Assembly: GCA_051546255.1 (NCBI GenBank)
Contig: CP128817.1
Location: 1,674,001-1,721,903, forward strand
Reading direction: 5' to 3'
DNA: 47,903 bases
From: Meyerozyma guilliermondii
Taxonomy: Eukaryota
Shown: in pieces, positions 40,001-47,903 of the stretch
Layout of the letters: each line of letters opens with the position of its first letter
How positions within the stretch are numbered: the stretch's first letter is position 1
Program-made: the position numbers and the translations under genes
Notes under the pieces: generated by a model
Database searches by the model: none
Told to the model about the DNA's origin: nothing
What the model saw: the letters and a program-made list of their open reading frames with translations, nothing else

Positions 40001-41000
40001 TTCAATTCCTGTGAGTTTGACCAGTGACTCCACATCTTTTGGATCTTCTACACCTGCACCATCCATCAGTATTACTTCTGGCTCGTCCGCAACGTCTGAG
40101 ATGATACTCTCATCCAGTGTGTCACAATCTTCAAGCCCTTCATCTGTTGCGTCAGGATCATCATCCAGTGTTTCAGAATCTTCGTCAATCGTCTCAGGCT
40201 CGTCTAGTGTGTTCCCATCTAGTTTGTCGTCATCGATAATTTATCCAACCAGTGTTTCCCCAGAATCGACCATTGTCACACCAGTGCAATCTTCCTCTGC
40301 AAGTGCTTCATCGATAGTTATTTGCAGAAGAGACGGTTCCAACTGTATTACCGTGGACCCTTCATCTGTTTACTCCTATTCAAACAGAAAGACATCTTCG
40401 ACGCAAAGCTCTAGCACTGCATCGGTAACAAGCTATTCCAACGGAAATGGTGAAACTGAAACTTCCACACCAACTATTGCAGTAACTGACATCATTACAA
40501 GTACTACAAATGGACCTGGTACTTCGAGATCAACAAGCAACTCATCAAGTTCATCAGCTGTTCCAACAGGAGGTTCTAGAGGTTCTGGAAATGGAGGAAA
40601 TGGAGACCCTTACAATGGAGGAGATCCAAGTGGAGGAACTCAAAGTAACGGAGGAGACCCTAGTAGCAATGGTGGATCCGCCAGTGGAGACTCCAGCAAC
40701 AACGGTGGATCCGGTAATTCTGGTAACAACGGTTCAGGTAACGGAGAAACTTCTGGTAACAATGAATCAGGAAACGGAGGAAACTCCATTAGCAATGGTT
40801 CTGAAAACAGCCCTAACAACGGAGGGTCTGGAAACAGTTCTGGTCACGGTTCAAAAACTGGATCCGAAACCGGTGAGCCAACGGGCTCATCTACTCCTTC
40901 TTCATCACCAAATGTTTACGAAGGAGCTGCTGCATCACATACCGTCTCATGGAGTATGCTTACATTCTTCATGAGTATGGTCGTTTTCATCAATTTATGA
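34038..41000 (+). CDS. ALS-family (agglutinin-like) GPI-anchored adhesin, ~2320 aa
   Basis: Signal peptide from ATG 34038; ALS N-terminal domain motifs (AGDTFxLxMPxVF, YATCxFxSGE, GTNTVT, NDWYFP, VPAGxRPF); Thr-rich tandem repeats, Ser-rich stalk, Gly/Asn-rich region and GPI signal YEGAA...MLTFFMSMVVFINL. Confidence 0.92.
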   Translation: MFWLFAAFLLVVHVAADINGIFTNINSIVASSSAALTLYPASTYWTATVQWSINGANVNAGDTFALHMPHVFTFTSSSSSISLSAGGITYATCTFFSGEFMVNYSELQCKISPGLNFNDIAIGSVMFPITFDSGFSSSTNALEAANTWTTGTNTVTWTLGSYSISTTVDFEGGTLSSSPNLRVAAAKLAPSSSQVQFYSLGTSCPFETQSGTLGITFKNGGPPLQCSTLTASFSNQFNDWYFPQTASSLSYSVLCSLNLVMVTFAGVPAGSRPFFNIFASLLPVGRNSAVYTLKYRCGNGPSNDYSYDQGWSSYDNGNSGSLGGNFINTIVTKTYTDLTTRISTLPYSSTVTGATRTIEVGVPVPTITTTKTYAGSITTTTTISATPGQTGTVEIDLPVPTITLTLTWTGISTISTITATPGQTGTAINYLPVPTTTFTKTWIGSVVTSKTIPAAPGQTGTVEVDVPVPTTTVTSTWTGVTTVSTIPATPGQTGTIINYVPVPTITFTKTYTGSQTTTIIVPATPGQTGTVEIDVPVPTTTITSTWTGSILTSKTITATPGQTGTVEIDVPVPTISFTKTYTGSQTTTVTVPAIPGQTGTVEIDVPVPTTTVTSTWTGNVSTISTVTASPGQTGTVINYIPVPTTTFTKTWTGTVVTTKTIIATPGQTGTVEIDVPVPTSTVTSTWTGVGSTISTVTATPGQTGTVINYITVPTTTVTSTWTGSQITTITVPATPGQTGTVIIEVPVPTSTTTKTWTGSGTTTKTVSGSPGQTGTVEVDIPVPTTTIVSTYTGSDISTTTDTATPGQTGTVIIEVPVPTTTLTKTYNGSVITTTTITATPGQTGTVIVEVPVPTTTVTSTYTGSETTTTTIPAGPGGTGTVVVEVPVPTLTTTKTTGSVTTTTTKTAGPGLTGTVEIDVPVPTTTFTRTNSGSITTTTTIAAGPGETGTVIVDVPIPTTTITDYWTGKSTVTTTKTAGIGETGTVEIDLPTPVTTLTSTWTGLEILYTTYSATKKGDTATIVEYDPVPTSTITTTWTGSGNTTVTVPAVPGETATVIVELPIPVTTVTSTWNGSRVSTTTIKALPGGTDTVVIETPSPTTTLTTTWTGSGTTSTTISGGPGGTNTVLVELPIPITTVTSTWTGSDVSTTTKKASPGGTDTVIVEIPTPTTTITATWTGSNITTTTITGGPGQTNTVIVEVPIPTTVITSTWTGLKISTTTITGGPGETNTVIIEVPTPTTTLTSTWTGSNITTTTIPATLGGTATVIVEVPTPTTTITSTWTGSNISTTTITGRPGESNTVVVEVPTPTTTVTSTWNGTVTTTTTITGRPGETNIVLIRVPSPTITITKTYAGNVTATTTWLAGVGETGTVEVDVPVPTTTITQTYTGSVISTTTFPAGPGETGTVIVDVPIPTTTITDYWTGISTITTTKSAGIGETGTVKIDLPTPVTTLTSTWTGLETMYTTYSNITKGGTVTIIEYDPVPTTVVTSTWTGNGTTSTTVTALPGKTATVIVEVPIPSTTITSTWTGSEVSTTTIKGLPGGTDTIIVEVPTPTTTVTSTWTGSAISTTTITGGPGESNTVVVEVPIPNTTVTSTWTGANTSTTTLTGSPGGTNTIIVEVPTPTTTLTSTWTGSEISTTTLKGGPGGSDTVIVEVPTPTTTVTSTWTGSETTSTTITGRPGESNTVVVEVPIPTTTLTSTWTGSEVTTTTISASLGGTATVIVEVPTPTTTITSTWNGTTTTSTTITGEPGQSNTVIVEVPTPTTTITSTWTGSETSTTTVKGGPGSSDTVIVEVPTPTTTLMSTWTGSVTSTTTITGGPGESNTVIVEVPTPRTTLTSTWNGTVTTTTTFSALVGGTETVIVEIPSSTSAIFTSASTSESSSASSSASSSLTSSIVSLVSVSSTASSASSSSSASDFSSTSDSFVSSALNSNPPSSSSESDSSSVSSEFPSINLSSAILSSSSSEHSLSSYANSSIALSSASLPTSSIPVSLTSDSTSFGSSTPAPSISITSGSSATSEMILSSSVSQSSSPSSVASGSSSSVSESSSIVSGSSSVFPSSLSSSIIYPTSVSPESTIVTPVQSSSASASSIVICRRDGSNCITVDPSSVYSYSNRKTSSTQSSSTASVTSYSNGNGETETSTPTIAVTDIITSTTNGPGTSRSTSNSSSSSAVPTGGSRGSGNGGNGDPYNGGDPSGGTQSNGGDPSSNGGSASGDSSNNGGSGNSGNNGSGNGETSGNNESGNGGNSISNGSENSPNNGGSGNSSGHGSKTGSETGEPTGSSTPSSSPNVYEGAAASHTVSWSMLTFFMSMVVFINL
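35121..39638 (+). repeat. ~43 coding tandem repeats of ~105 bp (35 aa; VPxPTTTxTSTWTGSxxTTTTxxxxPGxTxTVxVE)
   Basis: Unit length counted from the translation; copy number estimated as span divided by 105. Confidence 0.9.
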
Positions 41001-41830
41001 TTTGAATATCAAATTCGATATATCAATTTTCGTGCCTCAATAGTATGGTACACTAAAAGGCCACTTATAGATATCTTGGGCTACTCAATTGGGGGTGGGT
41101 AAAAAAATTTAATTTCTTCAACGACGTTCAAGCCAATGACATTTTCACATTGGCCGGTATATATTCTTAGACTAAAACTTGATACCTTTTAATTAAAGTA
41201 GATAACTATGGTTAAACAGATCAAGGCATTATCATGTTTCGATCGTAGGGGAGGTGGAAAGTAATATAAGTTTACTACTCTTTCGAAACATGTATTGACC
41301 GAGAATTGTAAAAATTGGAAATTTCGAAAAAAGTGCAAATTTTGCTAATTGTCCTTGCTAACATCATTATATGATACTTGTCAGTAGAGACATTTGCTTT
41401 GACTTATTGGAAAAGATACGAGGCCCTTCAGGCCCTAACCTTATCAGCGCACATCAATATTCTATTCAAGTAATTTGCAGCCATTGGTGTGCAGCTTGAC
41501 AATATCTGCATACTAGCAGAAAATACGACAAGCAAGTGCAGAATCGTATAGAGATGCCACAGGTTCACAATTTGATGATAGTCAAGGAATAGTTGTGCAA
41601 AGCACACAATTCGATTGAATGTGAAACAGGAGAAAGATAATGCAAAACGAATTCTTTTCAAGAAAATCGGGCTTTAATAGAGATATACTAGTATGAGACT
41701 TCAAATTTACATCTATGAATCAACTATTCTTTTGAGAGTTTCATTGTCGATTGCTGCAAATATCTCGGCTCACTGATCCCACACACACCAACTACAAGAA
41801 TATTTCAGAGTCATAATTCTTTATCTAAAT

Positions 41831-42826
41831 CTATTTGCTGAATATTTGGTCGATCGCATCAACCACAGACTGATCCAAACCGATGTACTCGAAACCAAGC
41901 AACTTTTCAGTCTTGGAAAAGTCCTTCTTAGACCACGAATCAACAGGAGCCGTTTGTCCTGGGGTACCAATTGGGACATTCTTAGACTTATCAGGGAACT
42001 TCTTGTGGATAATATCGGCAATTTCTTGAGCGATGAATTGATGAGCTACAAGCACCAATCTTTGATTAGCAGCCTCGTCCTTTTCAAAAGCTACCAAATG
42101 GGCAGCAGCAACATCTCTAACATCGACAAAAGCACCACTAAGTTCTGGCAATGGGTCGGTGGACTTGAGCTTCAAAAAGTTTTGAACCAACTCCGATGAC
42201 AAGTTGAGCGTATCTTTCACTTCAAAAGCTTGGGGTCCAAACACATATGAAGGATTGACGGTTGACAATGTAAAGTTTGGGTTGTTCTTCTTAACAAAGT
42301 CCCATGCTGCCCTCTCAGCATAAGTCTTCGAAGCACAGTATGCCATCAAAGCATTCAGCTTGGCCTCAGTTGGTGTCACAGGATTCCAACTTTCTTCATT
42401 GACCAAGTGACTTGGATCGGAGAACTCTTTGGTAATATCCCAAATAGCAACATAAGACGAGGTGATTACCACCTTTTTGATTTGTGGAGCATACTTCTCA
42501 ATGCCTTCCAAAGCATTTACCGTACCCTTTTGAGCAGGAATCAAAAGATCATTTTCCACATCGTCAGATGTAAAAGTGAAGGGCGAAGCAGTATGAAGGA
42601 AAATTGTCACTTCAGGATGTTTCTTCAAACTCTCATCAAAGGCACCTTTAGCAGCAATATCACCTACAATTTCATACTGGAAATCAGGTCCAAAATTTTT
42701 CACCAAACCGTCTCCCTTTTCGGTACTTCTAACCGACCCAACTACCTTGTATTTCTTTTCAAGCAATTGCTTGATAATGCGTTGGGCAATAAAGCCACTA
42801 GCGCCTGAAACGTATACTGAAGTCAT
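41831..42826 (-). CDS. GRE2: NADPH-dependent methylglyoxal reductase, Gre2/Grp2 family, copy 2
   Basis: VYVSGASGFIAQ, FLHTASPF, YCASK, VNPSYVFGP and VDVRDVAAAH; clear paralog of 12545-13531. Confidence 0.92.
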   Translation of the reverse strand: MTSVYVSGASGFIAQRIIKQLLEKKYKVVGSVRSTEKGDGLVKNFGPDFQYEIVGDIAAKGAFDESLKKHPEVTIFLHTASPFTFTSDDVENDLLIPAQKGTVNALEGIEKYAPQIKKVVITSSYVAIWDITKEFSDPSHLVNEESWNPVTPTEAKLNALMAYCASKTYAERAAWDFVKKNNPNFTLSTVNPSYVFGPQAFEVKDTLNLSSELVQNFLKLKSTDPLPELSGAFVDVRDVAAAHLVAFEKDEAANQRLVLVAHQFIAQEIADIIHKKFPDKSKNVPIGTPGQTAPVDSWSKKDFSKTEKLLGFEYIGLDQSVVDAIDQIFSK

Positions 42827-43054
42827 ATTAATGTGAACTGAATTAGTTTGACGGGTAAACCCATTTTATATTTCTATTTGCCACAGTAATTATTAATTAG
42901 CTCCCACAGTTCAAGAGGCTCTTCATTACGGCGTGCAACTTGAAATTCAAAATAGCGATATGTGCGAAATCTCTGACAAATATGTTTCTGACAAATGTGT
43001 TTTCCGATCAAAATGTTTGTATATTTCCCTTACGGCCGAAAGCATTCAGAATCC

Positions 43055-43061
43055 TTAGTAA
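43055..43061. promoter_or_regulatory. Yap1/Cap1 response element (TTAGTAA = TTACTAA on -) upstream of GRE2 copy 2
   Basis: Exact consensus match ~230 bp upstream of the ATG; TATAAAA on - at 42864-42870. Confidence 0.45.
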
Positions 43062-43241
43062 TCAAATTAGAAGTCTTACATTTGAAATGTGAAAGCTACG
43101 GAATAGTGACTGAAATTGGTAAAATCTTTGATGGTTCAATATAAGCTAATCTTATGTCAAAATCTTTATAGGTTCCGTCCTGCGCATTAATTCCAAAATT
43201 TGCACAAGTGATATGCACTGAAGCAGCGTGGGGGAGACGAA

Positions 43242-43255
43242 TGTACTGGTGTACT
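43242..43255 (+). repeat. Interstitial telomeric sequence TGTACTGGTGTACT (1.75 units, same orientation as the telomere)
   Basis: Exact 14-nt match to the terminal repeat, 4.3 kb inside it. Confidence 0.7.
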
Positions 43256-44179
43256 TTTAATTGAACCAGCTTCATTTACTTCGGTTTCTAGCCCGAAAAT
43301 AAGTTATCATCTTGGTAAAACAGAAGACGTATTGGAATTGAGCTCAAAGAATTGAAACAGATTCAACAAATCATATTGAATGCTCATTATAAAGGTATTG
43401 GATTCGAAGCTATCCCATAATCACATATACACTGAACTTGGGAGAATCAATGCTTCAGTGGCAATAGATCCCGTTTTAGGAGCTTACGTGGCCTTGGACT
43501 TCACCTATAAGATAACTCTAAATCTACATGAAGTCTTGCGATATCCAACAATATTAGAGCCAGACATGCATAGAGTGTGCAGGATAATGGTTGCAAAATA
43601 TTACCCGAATGGGCAGAACCTGCAGCAGGCAGCGGAATCATAGTAGAAGGAGACCACTACGGTTAATACGACTTCCGGACACTGAACGGAGGTTGCCTTC
43701 TAAATGAAGTCATTAGTTACAATATACAGCTTAATTTGACAACTCCCCTCAATCGCAAGTATTGTATAAGTTCTATGTGAAGATTACAAATTTTCAAAAA
43801 TGCAAAATTTGAGTTGATACTTATTGCCAGTGGTTCTTGAGAAATTGCCGTAAACAACGTAATTATAACAGCCGCTATCTTCATTAAATGCAGAAGCCTG
43901 TTGTCAAGCTAGCTCACGCTGAATTTGCAGCCAATTGTGGTGTGGGTGCGACTACTGTAGATGTCTGAAGGAACAAAATACAGGTCTTGTATATTGAAGT
44001 GCTTAGGCCCTTAGGGACTCGTCACATCTTTGTAGGTGTTGTGATGGATCTGATCGGGTATTTATATGCTTGCTTTGGAGTGTCACGCCTCATGCGATAT
44101 GGCTTAGCTTGATGCATGATAATGCATTATCATCTACACATTTATATACCATGGTCATGTAGAATACCCTGAAAGTTTA

Positions 44180-46272
44180 ATGATGAGCCTCAATCCTTTA
44201 CCTTGTGAAATAGTTACACGTTGCTTTTCTTACTTGAGCACAGAATTACTCACCGATATTATACTATTGGAGAACATTCCTGATCATATCCTCCAAGCTG
44301 CAGCTGACAATCTCAATCATTTATGCTATTCAAAGAGAATTCTAGGGGTCGAAAAGGAAAGACTTGAAGGTAGTGAAGGTATTCAAGGAATTGAAGCCTA
44401 CTATGAAACCGGTTTCAATCGGTTTTTACGCATACACAAAGTCCTTGAAGAAAAGTCACTCAAATGTCCTCTTTGGTTCCATTGTACATGGAACAACACT
44501 TTTCAAATGCACAAAAACCTCAATGAAATAAACTTAGTTTATAACGACCAAACTTTAGGCATCCATGCCGACCTCGAAGACCCGGCATTTCAAATCTATC
44601 CTGTTTTTTCGGACCATAATATTAATCTCAAGATTAATTGCCTTTCATTGAAAGCCTTTTCTGATTGTTGTATCGATTTGAACAATTTCCCAAAATTGGA
44701 GACTTTTTATGGCTATAATTGCGAAATAAGCGTTAACCACGATCACCCCAGCTTGAGGGTCATATATCTCAATCAGGTGACATTCAGCTCATTACCGACT
44801 AATTTGATAAAGTTAGTAACATCAAGGTGTCGCATAAGGATGAGCGAATCCCATCCAAAACTAGGAGCTCTCACAGTGTTGGTTCTAGAAAATACGCTAG
44901 AACCTTTCGATTGCTCCTCGCTACTACAAGCACTCTGGAACAAAGGTTTGGAACAATTTACGTATATCGGTCGAGGGGTCATAGAGGAGGATGAGATCAG
45001 AGGGGAAAACGAGGAGGATGAAAGTCGAGGGGTAATAGAGGAGGATGAGATCTTCGCATTAGTTGGTCCCAAAGTGACAACTCTTGGATTTTCTGGTTCA
45101 ATTTCGGCTAGGGTTCCCAGGCTGCTACACTCAATATACTCCATAAATGGAGGAAGCCTCGAGAATTTGAGTGCTTTTACCCATATGACTTCCCTTACAT
45201 TACAGCTGCCAGCAGGTAACATCAACAGTTGTGAGTTACCGCCAAACTTGCTCAGACTAACAGTAAATCTGCCAGAAGGTACGATTGACAGATTAAAATT
45301 ACCGATCAACTTGCTCAAACTTTCAATCACGTCTGCTAAATTTGAGGACTTGGCAAAAGTTGAATTCCCTCCCAACTTGGTTGACCTCAAATTGGAGCTG
45401 TGTGATATAACTCTGACTACGGACTGGCTAAAACCAGCCCATTTGATGAGACTCTCACTTGAAGATAATAAGCTTTCATCTTTTAAAGCCTTCCTTCCTT
45501 GCTGTGAATACTTGTGCTTGAGAAGCAATACTTTAACTGAAGTTGAAATTGAAGCACCCGTTCTTGAGCATATAAACTTGACTAGAAATGAGTTGACTTC
45601 AATTCCCAAACTTTCAGATAGTCTTCAAGTCCTTATTATCGGCAACAATCGACTATATCTCCCCCAAATGCCTGAATTGCCTTCCAATTTGAAGCTTTTA
45701 GACCTCTGCAGAGCTGGAACTGGATCTCCTAGGAACTACACATTCCCATCATCGATTCAAGAACTCCACCTTACACAAGTAGACTTGTCGCATATGATTG
45801 GAGTCAAATTTGCCAAAGGGTCAAAGTTGAAGAAGTTGAACTTGAGCAGATCTAGCTTCCTCCAGGTTTAGAATCACTAGACTTGTATAGCAATTGCTTG
45901 ATGCACATTAAAAAGCTCACCATTCAGCAAACAGATACTTATCTAGACTTGGAATTTAACTATTTGAGATATTTGAGAGTTAATTCCCATATTGAGACAC
46001 TTAAACTTGGTTATAATTGTGAATTATCAGGTCTAACGATACCAAATAATCTGGAGCTAAAGTATCTTGATCTCACATGGACTCCATTCAAGAAATTTCC
46101 ATTTGGTATGGTTAGAGCGGAGAAACTAACACAGCTATGTCTAGGATATAAGTTGGAAGTGATTGATGTTTCAATGATGCCAGTCTTCCAAATTTTGGAA
46201 TATCCTGGGACGTATGAAGTCGAAGGGCTATACAAGTATCCTAATACAAACATTTGGAGACGTAATCTGTGA
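44180..46272 (+). pseudogene. Subtelomeric F-box-like/leucine-rich-repeat gene split by a frameshift at ~45856
   Basis: N-terminal LNPLPCEIVTRCFSYL (F-box-like) and many LPxNLxxLxL / LxLxxNxL repeats. ORF1 stops at 45871, while the -1 frame from 45856 continues LPPGLESLDLYSNCL... to 46272. Confidence 0.75.
44972..45052 (+). repeat. Three in-frame 27-bp tandem units (RGVIEEDEI / RGENEEDES / RGVIEEDEI) inside the LRR gene
   Basis: Units at 44972, 44999 and 45026; the first and third differ at one base. Confidence 0.9.
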
Positions 46273-46538
46273 TTGTTTATATCAGACTGAAGAGGAACTG
46301 CTAGAATGTCCCTTCAAATATGCAAGCTCTCACGGTGAGATTCAATAATTTCTGGGCTCAAAGCTTGAAAAACCAATTTGTCGTCCTGGCTGGAAACCCA
46401 GGAAATATTATGGATTCTTTTCAACCGTCTACAATAAACTTCAATCTGCGGAACAAAATCCTTGAGTACAAGGCTCTTCTTTTATATGCTTAAGTGAATG
46501 GCAAGGGAAATATGTTGTCCCGACTTTACGAGATGGTA

Positions 46539-46668
46539 CTCTATGGGCCCTTTACGATATTCTAGACTGAAAAGTTGTGAGAATGCAACTAAGCGACTTG
46601 AAGAGCTGGTAATCGGCTAGAACCCACTGGGCATTCATATGAAATGGAACCTGTATTGATAAGAGAAA
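46539..46668 (+). repeat. Subtelomeric direct repeat, copy A (partner 47374-47504)
   Basis: Core 46582-46668 vs 47418-47504 is 78/87 identical ungapped (hand count); weaker similarity extends back to CTCTATGGG. Confidence 0.9.
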
Positions 46669-46869
46669 AGCAGAAAGTATAAGGAAATTATTGAGAAGAA
46701 TGATGGAAACGGAAAGTTTAAGGAATAAAAAGGGAGGAAAGCAGAATCTGTTATCGTAGCGTCATTTTCAGGTGCTTTGACCTGCGGAAGCTACAACTTT
46801 TTCACGGCTCTTGGCTTGGCATTTTACTTATATACTGAGCTTCGCAGTTTACCTTTGATTTAGATCACA

Positions 46870-47274
46870 ATGGGGGAAAAAGTGGCTGAAGAAATTGTGG
46901 AGGAAAAAGAAGAAACTGTGGCCGAAAATCTGGAAACCGATTTTAGGCTCTCGGGTGAGAAGGAGACTAAGAGTTTTTTTTCGACTTTTTTCTTCTTATG
47001 TTGCGGCTGGGTACTTCCCGGCTTCTTTCGGGAAAGGATTCCAGTTTACATCTGGTTCTTTTATGCAGTTTTTCAGGTGATCGGTATTGGGATAGGGATC
47101 GACATCGTATTCGCTTCCATTCAGTATTGTAATTCAAGGAGAATGATTGGAAATAACTTGATTACGTTTTGTATGCACCTTATTCTATGTATTGGGATTT
47201 TCGGCTATTATTGCGTGACAGAGCTTTACATCTACAAAGATTCTTTGATTTACGTTATTAAGCACTTAAACTAG
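46870..47274 (+). CDS. Putative small membrane protein (134 aa), the last ORF before the telomere
   Basis: ATG in a good context (ACAATGG), TATATA ~40 bp upstream, acidic N-terminus then about three hydrophobic segments; no family recognised. Confidence 0.5.
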   Translation: MGEKVAEEIVEEKEETVAENLETDFRLSGEKETKSFFSTFFFLCCGWVLPGFFRERIPVYIWFFYAVFQVIGIGIGIDIVFASIQYCNSRRMIGNNLITFCMHLILCIGIFGYYCVTELYIYKDSLIYVIKHLN

Positions 47275-47373
47275 TAGATTGTCAGTGAGATTGAATGAGT
47301 TTATCTTTAGTGTTTGTATTTTGTCATGAACTTGACATAATGAAATTTAAACTTGTCAAGTCATTGTAATGAT

Positions 47374-47504
47374 CTCTATGGGACACTTACTGAAATTCTA
47401 ATCTAGAAGCTTATAATAATGCAACTAAGCAACTTGAAGAGCTGGTAATCGACTAAATTCCACTGGGCATTCAAATTAAATGGAACTTGTGTTGATAAGA
47501 GAAA
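47374..47504 (+). repeat. Subtelomeric direct repeat, copy B, ending ~26 bp before the telomere
   Basis: See copy A; offset ~836 bp. Confidence 0.9.
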
Positions 47505-47530
47505 GCCTCGCGAATTTGCAGCCATTTTAT

Positions 47531-47903
47531 TGTACTAGTGTACTAGTGTACTAGTGTACTAGTGTACTAGTGTACTGGTGTACTGGTGTACTGGTGTACT
47601 GGTGTACTGGTGTACTGGTGTACTGGTGTACTGGTGTACTGGTGTACTGGTGTACTGGTGTACTGGTGTACTGGTGTACTGGTGTACTGGTGTACTGGTG
47701 TACTGGTGTACTGGTGTACTGGTGTACTGGTGTACTGGTGTACTGGTGTACTGGTGTACTGGTGTACTGGTGTACTGGTGTACTGGTGTACTGGTGTACT
47801 GGTGTACTGGTGTACTGGTGTACTGGTGTACTGGTGTACTGGTGTACTGGTGTACTGGTGTACTGGTGTACTGGTGTACTGGTGTACTGGTGTACTGGTG
47901 TAA
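47531..47903 (+). repeat. Telomeric array: 5 x TGTACTAG (47531-47570), then 41 x TGTACTGG plus a partial unit
   Basis: Perfect 8-bp tandem array running to the end of the window, with the G-rich strand pointing outward. The unit is a permutation of ACTGGTGT, which I recall as the Candida/Meyerozyma guilliermondii telomere repeat. Confidence 0.97.

Noticed and set aside
44773..45609. 278-aa - strand ORF
   Set aside because: Shadow of the LRR gene; the motifs are on the + strand.
47586..47903. 105-aa ORF (YWCTGVLV)n
   Set aside because: Translation of the 8-bp telomeric repeat; not a gene.

Overview
Terminal ~48 kb of a budding-yeast chromosome arm, ending in a telomere of 8-bp TGTACTGG (ACTGGTGT) repeats. 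CTG codons fall at conserved Ser positions, which places the organism in the CUG-Ser clade, so the standard-code ORF track mistranslates them. The repeat unit is the one I recall for Meyerozyma (Candida) guilliermondii, but the species cannot be fixed from this window. 1-30.4 kb is a very compact block of core genes: PRP40 (partial), ARC19 (46-nt intron), DAL81, an orphan, SWF1, a hypothetical, MIM2, TRM1, a small GPI protein, GRE2-like, CCE1, CAB3, SEC11, a tandem tRNA-Asn/tRNA-Thr pair, OAR1, a hypothetical, GTB1, BUD22, TRM13, TMA19, DAP2 and SLN1. 30.4-47.5 kb is subtelomeric: a large ALS-type adhesin, a second GRE2-like gene, a frameshifted F-box/LRR gene, a small membrane ORF and short duplications. 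The most unusual observation is at ~11.87-11.93 kb, an inverted and diverged copy of the subtelomere-telomere junction 36 kb inside the chromosome. It is either a fossil or transposed chromosome end or, less likely, a telomerase-RNA template region. Also notable: five variant TGTACTAG repeats at the base of the telomere, a recurring TTTGCAGCCA motif, and loss of the peptide-binding Lys in the ALS domain.
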